From NCBI GenBank assembly GCA_044377255.1, contig JBILJL010000003.1, positions 1-35,388 on the forward strand: a stretch of DNA of 35,388 nt, in the 5' to 3' direction. The translations under genes were made by a program, and so were the position numbers. Below, piece by piece: positions 1 through 10,326 of the stretch. The notes below the pieces were generated by a model that had not been told where the DNA came from, did no database searches, and saw only the letters and a list, made by a program, of their open reading frames with translations. How positions within the stretch are numbered: the first letter of the stretch is position 1; every line of letters starts with the position of its first letter. This DNA comes from Bacteroidia bacterium (lineage in GTDB: Bacteria; Bacteroidota; Bacteroidia; UKL13-3).

Positions 1-2385
1 AAAAGTGATGCTATGTGTGGCAGAAGTATCTTTATACAAACCAGAAGTAACAACTCGCTTAAAATAACCATTTGCTGTAATACCAATTGGATCATAATCT
101 ATTCCATTTCTTACGCCATTGGCTATACCAAAAGTACCTGCAGCACCCGTGCTAGAATACAGCCATTCATATACGTATGTGCCATTGCCACCTTGTGGGC
201 TTGAACCAATTATTTTTGAAGCAGTACTTCCTATGCACAAGCCTTGGTTGGCTGGTAAGGTGTTGTTGGTAATGGGTCCTTCCACTACAGGAACGCCAAC
301 AAAAAACTTGAAAACAAAGGATTCTTGTGATGACCCATTTTTTACTGTTTGGTAGGCTCCTGGTGTAGCAATATTGTTATCTGATGAGGTAACTCCTAAG
401 GCATATAAATATCCTGCTTTGTCTAAGAAAATCCTTTCTATGTTCTCTGAGCTTGAACTCCCCCCAAAATAACTTGCCCATTCTAATGCTCCATTTTTAT
501 TAAATTTTGCAAATAATGCATCATAGGTAGCATTCATTGTGGATTGAAAAGAGCCTGCAGTGGCCAATCCTACAGAGCCTGTTCCACCCGAAAAATAAAT
601 ATTACTAGCTGCATCTAAAGCAAGATTATATAAATTATCAGTCCCCGTTCCTCCAAAATAAGTGCACCAAATAATGGCACCAGAAGTATCCATCCTTAAT
701 ATAAACGCATCATAAGCCGATCCAGTAATACTAGTTTGAAATGCACCAGGTGTAGCAATTCCAGCGGTAGAACTTGTTATACCTCCAATCACCAATTTCC
801 CTTCTGCATCCAAAGCAATATCATACCCAACATCTGCAGCTGCTCCTCCATAAAAGGTGCCATAAACCAATTTTCCCAAAGAATCAAACTTTGCAATATA
901 AACTTCAGAACCTCCGGCACTATTTACTTGGTAAGCTCCTGGAGTGCTAAATCCTCCAGATGAAAAAGTATTGCCTGTGATATAAATATTGGCATTGTTA
1001 TCTGAACAAATTCCCAAGGCATTGTCATTCAAAGTTCCACCATAATAAGTTGCCCATTTTATTTGTCCAGCACTATTAAATTTCGCAATGATTACATCTG
1101 TTAAACCAGCCACTGAAGTTTGATGGGTATTGGGAAAATTTAAAGACGTGGTTGAACTAGAAGTACCAATGATGGTAATATTATCAAATACATCTATATC
1201 TATATCATAAAATGGATTTGCTGATGTGCCGCCAAAATAAGTTGCCCATATCAAATTTCCAGCCTGACTAAATTTTGCTAATATGCCGTTGCTAGTGCCA
1301 TTATTTGTTGTTTGATAAGCTCCAGCTGTTGCAATACCAGAGCTTGAACCTGATCCCCCAGTAACAAAAATATTTTGGTCTTTGTCCAATGCTAATTTTT
1401 GCAATTCATCAGCCCCTGTGCCCCCATAATAGGTAGCCCATAACAAAGCCCCTGTAGGACTGAATTTTGCCAAAAAACCATCGAAACCGTTACCTCCTGC
1501 CAAGCTACTTTGATTGGCTCCAACAGTTGCAATATTTGTTAAGGATGCAGTTCTTCCCGAAATAAATACATTACTATCCTTATCAACTACAATTCCGCCA
1601 CTTTGTTCTATGGAAGTACCGCCAAAATAGGTAGACCAAATCATTGGATCAATAACAAGTATTTTACTTGAATTATACCTAGGCACATTTAACCCAAAAA
1701 TATTTGCACCCAATTGTTTAAATCTTGCAGTAATTTTCTTTCCTTGTTGTCCGCCTTGGTTCAGCTCATAACTCAATGGAACCTGCTCTTCTAAACTGCC
1801 AAGAGCTGTTTTCATTTCAATAGCACCACTATTCAATAATTTTACTTCATTGGCACCTGTAATTAACAATTTTACCCTACTGATATCTGCTCCAGGCCTT
1901 AAAATAATATTATACTTGAATCTTGGTTCTCCATTGACAGGTATTACCAAAAATTCTAGGTCGGTTTCTGGGTAAATGTTTCTAAAAACAACTTTGGAAT
2001 ATTGAGTTAAATGGCTTGCAGTATTGGCATCTTGCTTCGAAATCAAAATCAATTTACTTTTATTCTCCTCGCCAAAAGAATCTTCAATATGGGCATGGGC
2101 ATTAACAAAATCTATGTCTACTCTATGAATAGCCGTTTTACTTTCATTTTCACTAATATCTTTTTTTAACTCATAACTAAATCCATTCTGGCGCAGTTGA
2201 ACCGACAACTTTGGCGTTTCAAACAAGTACAATGCACTGTTATTGGTTCTGCCATATTGGTCTTTAATTTGCCCAACATTTTTAACAAAACCTTGATCAA
2301 GCACAAAATTAATTTTGCCAGTTGACAAAGCAAATAAGCTGGCGTTCAAGAATATAAGCAGAAATATAGTAAATGAGCTTTTCAT
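1..2385 (-). CDS. Secreted SBBP-repeat (seven-bladed beta-propeller) protein, 3' end outside the window
   Basis: Absent from the ORF track because no stop lies in the window. I translated the start and sampled motifs. ATG at 2385 gives signal peptide MKSSFTIFLLIFLNASLFA, then FVKNVGQ, VIDP and seven W/Y-x-T/S-Y/F-x-GG repeats (IWSTYFGG, LWATYYGG, IWATYFGG, KWATYYGG, VYGTFYGG, IWCTYFGG, EWASYFGG) about 190 nt apart, then an Ig/PKD-like GGNGTYTYEW segment. Confidence 0.85.
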   Translation of the reverse strand, partial: MKSSFTIFLLIFLNASLFALSTGKINFVLDQGFVKNVGQIKDQYGRTNNSALYLFETPKLSVQLRQNGFSYELKKDISENESKTAIHRVDIDFVNAHAHIEDSFGEENKSKLILISKQDANTASHLTQYSKVVFRNIYPETDLEFLVIPVNGEPRFKYNIILRPGADISRVKLLITGANEVKLLNSGAIEMKTALGSLEEQVPLSYELNQGGQQGKKITARFKQLGANIFGLNVPRYNSSKILVIDPMIWSTYFGGTSIEQSGGIVVDKDSNVFISGRTASLTNIATVGANQSSLAGGNGFDGFLAKFSPTGALLWATYYGGTGADELQKLALDKDQNIFVTGGSGSSSGIATAGAYQTTNNGTSNGILAKFSQAGNLIWATYFGGTSANPFYDIDIDVFDNITIIGTSSSTTSLNFPNTHQTSVAGLTDVIIAKFNSAGQIKWATYYGGTLNDNALGICSDNNANIYITGNTFSSGGFSTPGAYQVNSAGGSEVYIAKFDSLGKLVYGTFYGGAAADVGYDIALDAEGKLVIGGITSSTAGIATPGAFQTSITGSAYDAFILRMDTSGAIIWCTYFGGTGTDNLYNLALDAASNIYFSGGTGSVGLATAGSFQSTMNATYDALFAKFNKNGALEWASYFGGSSSSENIERIFLDKAGYLYALGVTSSDNNIATPGAYQTVKNGSSQESFVFKFFVGVPVVEGPITNNTLPANQGLCIGSTASKIIGSSPQGGNGTYVYEWLYSSTGAAGTFGIANGVRNGIDYDPIGITANGYFKRVVTSGLYKDTSATHSITF

Positions 2386-2608
2386 AGTATTCAATGTAAA
2401 GAACGAATATAATTCCTAACATCGATATAACCCCGCATTAAGAAAAAATTAGGACTGCCTTGCAGCATTATTCTAAGCGAATAATTTTAACAATCCAATC
2501 AAAAACTTAGGTCCATCGAAATAGTGTTTATTTTGAGCCAATTTCAATTGCTTTTTCCATAAACTAATAATATCTTTGAGATTGTACTCCCTAAAAATAT
2601 TAAACTTT

Positions 2609-3481
2609 ATGAAACATTGCATTTTACTTTTCATATTACTCAACTGCTTTTATTATACCCAAGCCCAAGACACCTTGTATCGAACCAACGGAAAAATACA
2701 AGTAGTAAAAATCATGGAGGTAAATACGCAACAAGTAAAATATAAAAATCCCAATGGGCAAAGCGGTCCTTTATTTGTTTTGAGCAAAACAGAGGTTTCA
2801 AAAATTGTTTATGAGAGCGGCAATGTTGACCAAATTAACTCAGAATTTAAATCAGTTTATGAATCTACCTCCAATAATGTTTGGAAAGAAAAAGTAGAAG
2901 ATGACCTTTTACATAAAAATTTCAATAGAAGAATGATAGAAATTAACCTTCCTGATTACTTTTTTGGCTCGGTTACCATAGCCTATCAATACTTCACAAA
3001 AAACGGGGATTACGCGCTAAGAGTGCCTGTTTCTATAGGCCTTTATGGAATAGGTTTAAATAAATATGCAACCCTTGAAGAACAATACGGGAAACAAGGT
3101 TACTACCGTGAAAGAAAAAAATTTAGTACAGGATTTGATTGCAATTATTTTCCTACCGGACAAGGAAAAGTAAGATATTATGTAGGGCCTTCGATAGAAT
3201 TAGGTTGGTTCGATTATTCCGAAGATCAATACCTAAATTATTATCCTTACACCAGAACTAAATCAACACAAAAAGCCAATTTTCAATCCATCATTTTACA
3301 AAATGGCTTTCTTTTTCAGCCAACCCCTAGCGTTAATTTTTCTTTGAACATTGGATTGGGTTATACTCGCGAACGTTATATTAGGAAGGATATTTCAAAC
3401 CAGTATCCAGATGATTACTACGCAGAAAACAATCATATTTTCGCCTTTAGAGCTGGTATGTGTGTAGGGTATCGGTTTTAG
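2609..3481 (+). CDS. Hypothetical outer-membrane beta-barrel protein with small N-terminal domain
   Basis: ATG 2609 gives signal peptide MKHCILLFILL..AQA. N-terminal QDTLYRTNGK..KIMEV..VKYK module, amphipathic strands and C-terminal GYRF. Confidence 0.7.
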   Translation: MKHCILLFILLNCFYYTQAQDTLYRTNGKIQVVKIMEVNTQQVKYKNPNGQSGPLFVLSKTEVSKIVYESGNVDQINSEFKSVYESTSNNVWKEKVEDDLLHKNFNRRMIEINLPDYFFGSVTIAYQYFTKNGDYALRVPVSIGLYGIGLNKYATLEEQYGKQGYYRERKKFSTGFDCNYFPTGQGKVRYYVGPSIELGWFDYSEDQYLNYYPYTRTKSTQKANFQSIILQNGFLFQPTPSVNFSLNIGLGYTRERYIRKDISNQYPDDYYAENNHIFAFRAGMCVGYRF

Positions 3482-3506
3482 TTTTTAATCTGCTAATTTA
3501 CTAGCC

Positions 3507-4058
3507 ATGCCTTTTTTTAAGCAAACTAATTTTTGGTTCGAACCAAAATCTTTACGACTACTTTTTATTTTGCCTTTATGGTTGCTACTGTTTGAAGGTT
3601 GCCAAAGTTCAATTTTTAATTATTACAAAATTGCCGCAAGTACCAGTGATGGCGAGCAAGTTGAAGGGGCCATTGCTAGAGAAAAATACATCATTGTTCA
3701 TAACCATAGCGATGTTTGGCATTTAAAGAATCCAGAAATAAATAAATCAACTGGTGAAATCACTGGCACAAGAACGGAGCTTCCAAGTAATCATTTATTT
3801 TACCTAAAAGTAGAAGCTAGAAAAAATCTCAAATACAACCTAAATGAAGGACATCCAGAAAATGAAGTTCATATTTACCTCACCGAATATGCCATTGACG
3901 ATCGAAATAATGTGGTGATTCCCCTGCAAAGCATCAACCGACTGGATGTTTACGATAAGAGCATTGGTAAAAATATTTTGAGCTATTTTGTTGTATATGT
4001 TGGAGGATATTTCACAATTCTTATCATCGCTAGTCTGTTTGCGCTTCTACTCTATTAA
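3507..4058 (+). CDS. Hypothetical lipoprotein-like membrane protein
   Basis: 183 aa ORF 25 nt after the previous gene. Hydrophobic stretch ending FEGC and a C-terminal hydrophobic helix. Confidence 0.65.
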   Translation: MPFFKQTNFWFEPKSLRLLFILPLWLLLFEGCQSSIFNYYKIAASTSDGEQVEGAIAREKYIIVHNHSDVWHLKNPEINKSTGEITGTRTELPSNHLFYLKVEARKNLKYNLNEGHPENEVHIYLTEYAIDDRNNVVIPLQSINRLDVYDKSIGKNILSYFVVYVGGYFTILIIASLFALLLY

Positions 4059-4202
4059 CTTTTCTATTTAGTTTGGAATTTAGATTATTAATAATTATTA
4101 TTGAATTGTAATAGAGGCATTTAATTAAGTGTTCTATTAAATAGGTCTTTCCTTTTTTATCGTTTTCGTTCGTCAATTTCTTATTTACTAAAATTTATTT
4201 GT

Positions 4203-4562
4203 ATGAAAAAAAACATTACTTATTTGTTTCTTTTGTTTGCTTTTATTTTATTGCTTAATTCGGCTAAGGCTCAATTAAATTACCTTCCTGGAGGCTTCAC
4301 AACTTCTGCGAGTACCTATGTAGATTTAGGTACAAATGGTGATACTATTCCGCTTGCAAACAAAGATGATGCCTTCTCTTTACCATTGCCAATAGGGTTT
4401 ACTTTTAATTTTAATGGTTCACCAAGTGATTCATTTACTTTTAGCACCAATGGTTTTATAAAACTTGGAAGAGACACTGCTTCATGGCAATTTCTTTTTA
4501 CTACGCATGCCCAACCTCCCGTTAATGGCCCATTTCTAAACCATATGAAACACTATTGTTAA
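4203..4562 (+). pseudogene. 5' fragment of a secreted (T9SS-type) protein gene
   Basis: Signal peptide (AKA-Q), then DDAFSLPLPIGFTFNFNG..FSTNGFIKLG, a typical start of large Bacteroidota secreted proteins. It ends abruptly at 119 aa with an unrelated tail (NHMKHYC). Confidence 0.65.
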
Positions 4563-4598
4563 TAAAAAAAATCAATATCTAATCCAAATTAACTGTAT

Positions 4599-6695
4599 AT
4601 GAAAACAATTCAAAAAATACGAATTCCGATTCTTTTAATTTTTGGAATTTTCTTCTATTGCTCTAACCTTTCATCCCAAACCTGTAATATTCCGTTTAAC
4701 ATTACAGGTGCATCAACAAGGCCTTATGATCCAACATATTGTCATGATAGTTATTGGGATAAAACATTTTCAAATATATTTGATGCAAGTTCCATTGCAG
4801 TAGGCATAGCTGCAACCCAAATTACCCCTTCCTCAATTGACCAATGTAATATTAGTGTCACAAATAATTGTAAAAGATATTACTCAATAGGAAGTTTTGC
4901 GGATGAAATTTTTAGTATTAGTACTAATAGATTAGTTGTTTCTAAATACGACGATGATTTAATTGTAATTTGGTCAAAAACATATGCCTTGCCAATTTTA
5001 GAGGGATCATCTCCATTAACTTTTAGGCCAAAAGACATCAAAGTAAAATCAATTGATTCTGATGAAGGAGCAATAATTTGCGGCACATTAGTTGCTAATG
5101 CAAATAGTCCAACAACACAGTATGGCAATGGTTTTATTGCTAAAATTGACTCAGCAGGAAATATGCTTTGGCTTACAATTGCACCTAATAATTCTAATCC
5201 AAATGGATCAGATGAAAGTTCAATTAGTTCTGTTGCAGTATTTTGTGATAATAGCACTGAATACATTTCCTTTTGTGGATATATCAACCACATTTCCTAT
5301 TCTCGAAAGGCAATTGCAGGAGTATTAAATGCTAATAATGGAACATTAATTGATATGGATTTAGTTTATCCAGCCAGTGGACCTGGACTTTTAATGAATA
5401 GGGATGGCATTTTTTATAGTAATGAATTTAGGGATATAAAAGTTGTATCGAAATCTAGTGCCTCGCCGACGTGTATTACAAACATTATCAGCTGCACGGG
5501 CTTTCAAAGAGATTTTGAGACATTACCATATTTTGGAAATTTGGATAATGATATTTTACTTTACTCTTTTGAATTCAATGGTACACAGATGCTCCCAATA
5601 GATTATCGAACCATTGGTAACGGAGTTAATCCCATAGGCCTAAATACTTCTGAAAATGATGAAGTTGGAATTTCAATTGCCGTAAATGACCCTGAAAATA
5701 ATATTTTAGGAAGTATTACCATAGCTGCTGAATTTTCCACCGGGACATTCGCTTGGCCAGTCAACTGGGCTAGAAAAAACCCTATTATAGCCAATTTTAA
5801 TTTAACTTCAATTAGAAATCAATCACCTGCACTTAATTATATCAAAAAAATTGATCAAAATCCTATAAATGGATTTTTAATGATTAATCCAATTAGCATA
5901 TTCCAAGAATGTCTAAATCCAGGAAAAATAACTCTTTTAAGTTTTTCTGAGGATTTTAATTCTATGAATAATTCATACACAAGTCTAATAGAATTAAATG
6001 AACCAACAGGAAACATTTATAGGATGTTTCACGAGCCAGCAGGGACATCAATTCTTCATCCAACTCGTTTATTTAACCCAGTTGATTTTGTTTCTACATC
6101 AAAAAGCAAATGGAACAACAATTATGGGTCAGCTATACTATACAATTATGCTGACCCTATCCTTTGGAATAAATTTGGCACTTATAAAATTGAGATAAAA
6201 GGAGGGTCTGATAACTTATGTGCAAATATTAGCAAAACCATTTCTATAAATAATTACAATGAAATAAATGGTTTTTATCAAGACTTTATTTTTCCAGTTT
6301 CTACTCATATACTTAACCCTAACTATTTGTTTTCAAGTCAACCACTACAATCAACATCCAGTGTATCCCTATTGAATAGCGAAGACTGTGCCAGATTTTC
6401 CTATGAAATTGTTGCAGCAAAAACTAATACAAAAAATACAACCAAAAATGAAAAAAACAGCAATATCTCAGTTTTTCCTAATCCTGTTATAAATGGTGTA
6501 GTGTTTATTGAGAATTTCAACAATGTTGAGCCCAATGAAGCTAGTATCTATTCAATGTCTGGCAAAGTTTTGTTTGAAAATTTAAAATTTACTGGAAAAA
6601 TTGAAATAGATTTAGTAAATTATCCTAAAGGCATTTACTTAGTAGAGGTGAAAAATAATAGTGGAAATTATAGGTTTAAATTTGTGCTACTTTAA
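4599..6695 (+). CDS. T9SS type A CTD protein of unknown function, possibly beta-propeller
   Basis: Signal peptide. Propeller-like GFIAKIDSAGNMLW segment. CTD ISVFPNP...GIYLVEVK...FKFVLL. Visibly AT-richer than its neighbours. Confidence 0.8.
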   Translation: MKTIQKIRIPILLIFGIFFYCSNLSSQTCNIPFNITGASTRPYDPTYCHDSYWDKTFSNIFDASSIAVGIAATQITPSSIDQCNISVTNNCKRYYSIGSFADEIFSISTNRLVVSKYDDDLIVIWSKTYALPILEGSSPLTFRPKDIKVKSIDSDEGAIICGTLVANANSPTTQYGNGFIAKIDSAGNMLWLTIAPNNSNPNGSDESSISSVAVFCDNSTEYISFCGYINHISYSRKAIAGVLNANNGTLIDMDLVYPASGPGLLMNRDGIFYSNEFRDIKVVSKSSASPTCITNIISCTGFQRDFETLPYFGNLDNDILLYSFEFNGTQMLPIDYRTIGNGVNPIGLNTSENDEVGISIAVNDPENNILGSITIAAEFSTGTFAWPVNWARKNPIIANFNLTSIRNQSPALNYIKKIDQNPINGFLMINPISIFQECLNPGKITLLSFSEDFNSMNNSYTSLIELNEPTGNIYRMFHEPAGTSILHPTRLFNPVDFVSTSKSKWNNNYGSAILYNYADPILWNKFGTYKIEIKGGSDNLCANISKTISINNYNEINGFYQDFIFPVSTHILNPNYLFSSQPLQSTSSVSLLNSEDCARFSYEIVAAKTNTKNTTKNEKNSNISVFPNPVINGVVFIENFNNVEPNEASIYSMSGKVLFENLKFTGKIEIDLVNYPKGIYLVEVKNNSGNYRFKFVLL

Positions 6696-6709
6696 ATTTA
6701 ATTTAATAA

Positions 6710-7156
6710 TCAAATTTTTCAGAAATTGGTCAGGTAAAGGCTGCAGGAAATAGTAACAAAAAAATAGTCTATACTTTCAAAGATGCCTTGGATCAAGCCT
6801 TTGAAAAAACCATGCAATACCGCATCAAACAAATCGACCTTGATGGCTCATTTAGTTATAGCAAAGTCATTACTCTTTCTCCAGCTTCGAGTTTGAATCA
6901 ACCCGAAATAAAAGTGAGCAACCCTTTTGAGAGTTCTCCAATTGTTTGGGTAAAAAACATGCCAAGTAATTCAATTTCATTGCTAATTACCGATATGAGT
7001 GGCAAAGTAGTTTTAAACAAAACTATTCAAACTCAAGCGGGGCAAGCAACCCTAGTTTTAGAGGAAATGGAAACCATGCGTGCCGGAATATATTTAGTAG
7101 AACTATCTAGCGAAGGCTCAAAAATTGGTCAACAAAAAATTATCAAATCAAAGTAA
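6710..7156 (+). pseudogene. 3' fragment of a T9SS protein gene (pre-CTD Ig-like domain plus CTD)
   Basis: The frame is open from 6710 (after TAA 6707-6709): NFSEIGQVKAAGNSN..YTFKD..YRIKQIDLDGSFSYSKVI, then CTD (SNPF..GIYLVEL..QKIIK). It begins mid-domain with no signal peptide. The same domain is intact in the 33107 protein. Confidence 0.75.
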
Positions 7157-7174
7157 GCACAAACTCTTCTCATC

Positions 7175-7212
7175 AAAAAAGCCTGACCAAAATTGATTGG
7201 TCAGGCTTTTTT
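7175..7212. terminator. Bidirectional rho-independent terminator
   Basis: AAAAAAGCCTGACCAA-aattga-TTGGTCAGGCTTTTTT between convergent genes. Confidence 0.9.
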
Positions 7213-7229
7213 ATTTTTAGCTTGTGAAT

Positions 7230-8504
7230 TTACTTTACATAAAAAGGAAAATTGGCGCAAGCAACCTGATCGTGTGCATCGTAAATATATACAAACAATC
7301 GGTAAGCACCTTTTTGAAATGGTGCTTTAAAATTATAACCAATTTGCGCATCGCCTTTCATGCTAACAGGTATGGCATCGGGCTTCTTTTCTGCATCTCC
7401 ACCACTTTTGGTAAATTCACTCTCAGGTAAAATTTCCCATTTGTATTTGAGGGTTGATAACTCCTTATGCACAACCATAAGCTGCACTTTTACATTCGCT
7501 CCTTTACTTGCTTGAAAACTCTCAGTAGGCTTTTTATCGGCCAATAAAAATTGAGTAATCTGCGGAGCCCAATGTTCTGGAGCCTTTCCGCTCCAAACTT
7601 CTTGCAATACATTTACCGCTTCAGTTTGTTTTTCGCCAACAAAAACACCGTACCAGGTAGGGGTAGTTTCTTGTTTTTGACCCCACAAAAATACGTATGA
7701 GCCCAAACATAAAGCACTATCCTTCTTAATATAGTTTGTAAACCTGTCTCTGTATGTTATGGCTTTCTCGGTAGAGGTTTGCTCAACTGGAGCTCCCCAA
7801 GTGGTTTTGGCAACTTCCCAATGCCCATTAGGGCCCCATTCTGTAACCATATAAGACTTATCCCAACCAAACAACCTAATTTTTTCTGGTAAAGCAGGTA
7901 GATCACCATAAGTGTTCACACCCAAAATATCTATGTCTTTGCAAATTTCTTTGATCAATTGTACCTCTGGCGCATCAATACCAGCAGTAACCACGCAAGT
8001 TGGGTGGTTCTTATCTTCTTCATGAATCATGGCTGCAATGTTTTGAACCGCTTGCCAAACCGCAAAGTCAGAGTATTCCAAATCAACCTCATTACCCACA
8101 CCCCACATTAACAAAGCAGGATGGTTCTTAAACCTACTTACAACCGATTTAAATTGCGCCACTTGATCTTGGCAAGCCCACTTATCACTGTAATCAAATC
8201 CATGACGTTCTGGTGCCATCCAAAGGCCAAGCATAACCGTAATACCTCTTTTTTGCGCTTCATCCAAAACTTCTTGTGCATTTTCTGCACCCCATAACCT
8301 CACAGAGTTACCTCCACAAGCTTTGGTTTTATCCATAAAAACATCTCCACCAGCACCATTTACATAATATGGCAATCCGCCACGCAATAGTTGAAAACCG
8401 CCCGAAGGATTAACAACAACTTCCACTTTTACCACTTGGGCCAATAAAGATTGAACCATAGTTAGTAGCAAAAAAGAAAAAATAAAAGCTAGGTTCTTTT
8501 TCAT
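7230..8504 (-). CDS. Clan GH-A TIM-barrel glycoside hydrolase (GH158-like / 'GH2 TIM barrel'), probable beta-1,3-glucanase
   Basis: Signal peptide without CTD. Motifs PYYVNGAGG, GGNSVRLWG, WGVGNE (acid/base), VTEWGPNGHWE (nucleophile), and C-terminal Ig-like GAYRLFVY. Exact family and substrate are inferred from context. Confidence 0.75.
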   Translation of the reverse strand: MKKNLAFIFSFLLLTMVQSLLAQVVKVEVVVNPSGGFQLLRGGLPYYVNGAGGDVFMDKTKACGGNSVRLWGAENAQEVLDEAQKRGITVMLGLWMAPERHGFDYSDKWACQDQVAQFKSVVSRFKNHPALLMWGVGNEVDLEYSDFAVWQAVQNIAAMIHEEDKNHPTCVVTAGIDAPEVQLIKEICKDIDILGVNTYGDLPALPEKIRLFGWDKSYMVTEWGPNGHWEVAKTTWGAPVEQTSTEKAITYRDRFTNYIKKDSALCLGSYVFLWGQKQETTPTWYGVFVGEKQTEAVNVLQEVWSGKAPEHWAPQITQFLLADKKPTESFQASKGANVKVQLMVVHKELSTLKYKWEILPESEFTKSGGDAEKKPDAIPVSMKGDAQIGYNFKAPFQKGAYRLFVYIYDAHDQVACANFPFYVK

Positions 8505-8505
8505 G

Positions 8506-10326
8506 TTAATGGTTAAACTTTATAATTTTTATTGGCTTCATCTTGTCACCATCAAATACCTGAAGTACATAGGTTCCATCTTGCAATGTTCCTAACTGAT
8601 CATTTAAATCCAACAGATTATTAGATTGAATACAAACCCTTCCCATTAAATCAATAACAACTAATTGGCTTGGTACAAAATCGGTTTCTAAATCAATTGA
8701 ATGGTTAAAAGGGTTGGGCTGAACCAATATTGCGTTGGCAATTTTTCCTTTCTCTAAAACACTATTCAATGTCTCTTTGCAGGGTAATTCTTGTATTGTA
8801 AAATCATCATAGAAATAAACATCACTGCTATTGGTATTTGGCGCAAGCAACATCACCAATTGATTGATACTAGCTTCACTCATGTTTAAATCGGGCCTCA
8901 AAATTAGTTTAAAAGTTAGTTCTTCCCAAGATTTACTCTTTGTTGTTTTGGCTTGTAATACGCACCTTCTGCCTATAGGATAATCATTGTTAGCCGACAA
9001 ATTCCTGTTTTCAAAATTTATATTTATCTCCGTTCCAATTGGAGCTGTGGTATATAATTTCATTTTTAAAATCAATGTGCCATCTTCAAATGCTTTTGCC
9101 CTGCGAATTAAATCTGTGTGTAAGGTTATCGCATCGTATTGAACGCCTCCATTCCTGTAATACCTGTTCACCAAATTACTTTGGTTTACTGCATCCTTAG
9201 CTGGATTGGTAATAGAAGATTTATGGGTACCATTACTCCCTACCCAATAAACAGATTTGATAAATTCAGCATCATCAATTTTACCCAAACAAGTATCGGG
9301 CAGGGTTTCTATATACTTGGCTACTTTATAGGTATTTCCTAAATGTGTAATGGTAACAAATAAACTATCACTCTTTAAACCCCAATTTACCTTTACATTC
9401 GGAGTACCTTGCCCAGAAGTAATTTGAATGCCCGCAGGTGCCGACCAATTATAGGTTGCACCCGTTAGCTTTTGAGTATAAAAATCTTTCTGTTGATCCA
9501 AACGCAACACAGATTCTGGTCCGGAAATAAATATATGTTTTAGGTCTTGATAAACCCTCACATAATCTACTTGTAAGGTAGCAGTATCTGGTGTACTTGC
9601 ATCAGGATTACCTAAAAAGTATCCTCCAACTGCCAAGTTAATCAAGAAGTGAAAATTACGATCGTATGGCCACCAAAATTCTGGCAAATTTGCACGCGTT
9701 TTTGTGCTATACAATACATTGTCAACAAACCATTGAATGGTATCACTTTTCCATACCAAACCATAGGTGTGAAACTCAGAGGTGAATGAACCACTAGGCA
9801 AAGTATAGGATGCTCCTGTATACTTATTATTTGGTGTATAAGCCCCATAATGAATAGTGCCATAGGTATTGTTTGGTTCCTGCCCTTTGCCTTCCAATAA
9901 ATCAATTTCACCACTTAAAGGCCAGCCACCATAATAATTTTCTGTTGGCAAAAACCAAACTGCAGGCCAGTAACCTCTGCCAATTGGGGTTCTAGCCCTT
10001 ACCTCAATTCTGCCAGAGGCAAAATCAAACTTGTTAATCGACCTGATTCTACCTGATGAATAAGTACTATTTTCTATCTTTTCTTTTTTTGCCTTAACTT
10101 TTAACAAACCTCCTTCTACCACCAAGGCGCTTTTTTGATACGACTGCAATTCGGCATTTCCCCAGCCACATAGGTTTGGGCAACCATCACCAATTTGATA
10201 CTCCCAATAATTGGTATCGAGAGTACTTCCATTAAACTCATCCGACCAACGCAAAAACTCTTGAGAATAAAGCTGCGCTGGAACACAATATAAAAAAGCA
10301 ATAAATAATGTTTTTTTGATAGCCAT
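8506..10326 (-). CDS. GH16 laminarinase-type beta-1,3-glucanase with PKD-like, CBM-like and T9SS CTD domains
   Basis: WSDEFNG, WGNAELQSY, GYWPAVW, catalytic GEIDLLE, NLAVGG, VDYVRVY. CTD VQPNPF..GTYVLQV. Confidence 0.92.
   Translation of the reverse strand: MAIKKTLFIAFLYCVPAQLYSQEFLRWSDEFNGSTLDTNYWEYQIGDGCPNLCGWGNAELQSYQKSALVVEGGLLKVKAKKEKIENSTYSSGRIRSINKFDFASGRIEVRARTPIGRGYWPAVWFLPTENYYGGWPLSGEIDLLEGKGQEPNNTYGTIHYGAYTPNNKYTGASYTLPSGSFTSEFHTYGLVWKSDTIQWFVDNVLYSTKTRANLPEFWWPYDRNFHFLINLAVGGYFLGNPDASTPDTATLQVDYVRVYQDLKHIFISGPESVLRLDQQKDFYTQKLTGATYNWSAPAGIQITSGQGTPNVKVNWGLKSDSLFVTITHLGNTYKVAKYIETLPDTCLGKIDDAEFIKSVYWVGSNGTHKSSITNPAKDAVNQSNLVNRYYRNGGVQYDAITLHTDLIRRAKAFEDGTLILKMKLYTTAPIGTEININFENRNLSANNDYPIGRRCVLQAKTTKSKSWEELTFKLILRPDLNMSEASINQLVMLLAPNTNSSDVYFYDDFTIQELPCKETLNSVLEKGKIANAILVQPNPFNHSIDLETDFVPSQLVVIDLMGRVCIQSNNLLDLNDQLGTLQDGTYVLQVFDGDKMKPIKIIKFNH

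Noticed and set aside
13-963. Short + strand ORFs 13-204, 119-355 and 736-963
   Set aside because: Shadows of the minus-strand SBBP gene.
4109-4139. Imperfect palindrome TAATAGAGGCATTTAATTAAGTGTTCTATTA
   Set aside because: Single copy in very AT-rich DNA, not distinguishable from chance or a weak terminator.
6788-7156. Independent 122-aa gene
   Set aside because: Domain homology extends upstream of the TTG and there is no signal peptide, so it is treated as a fragment.
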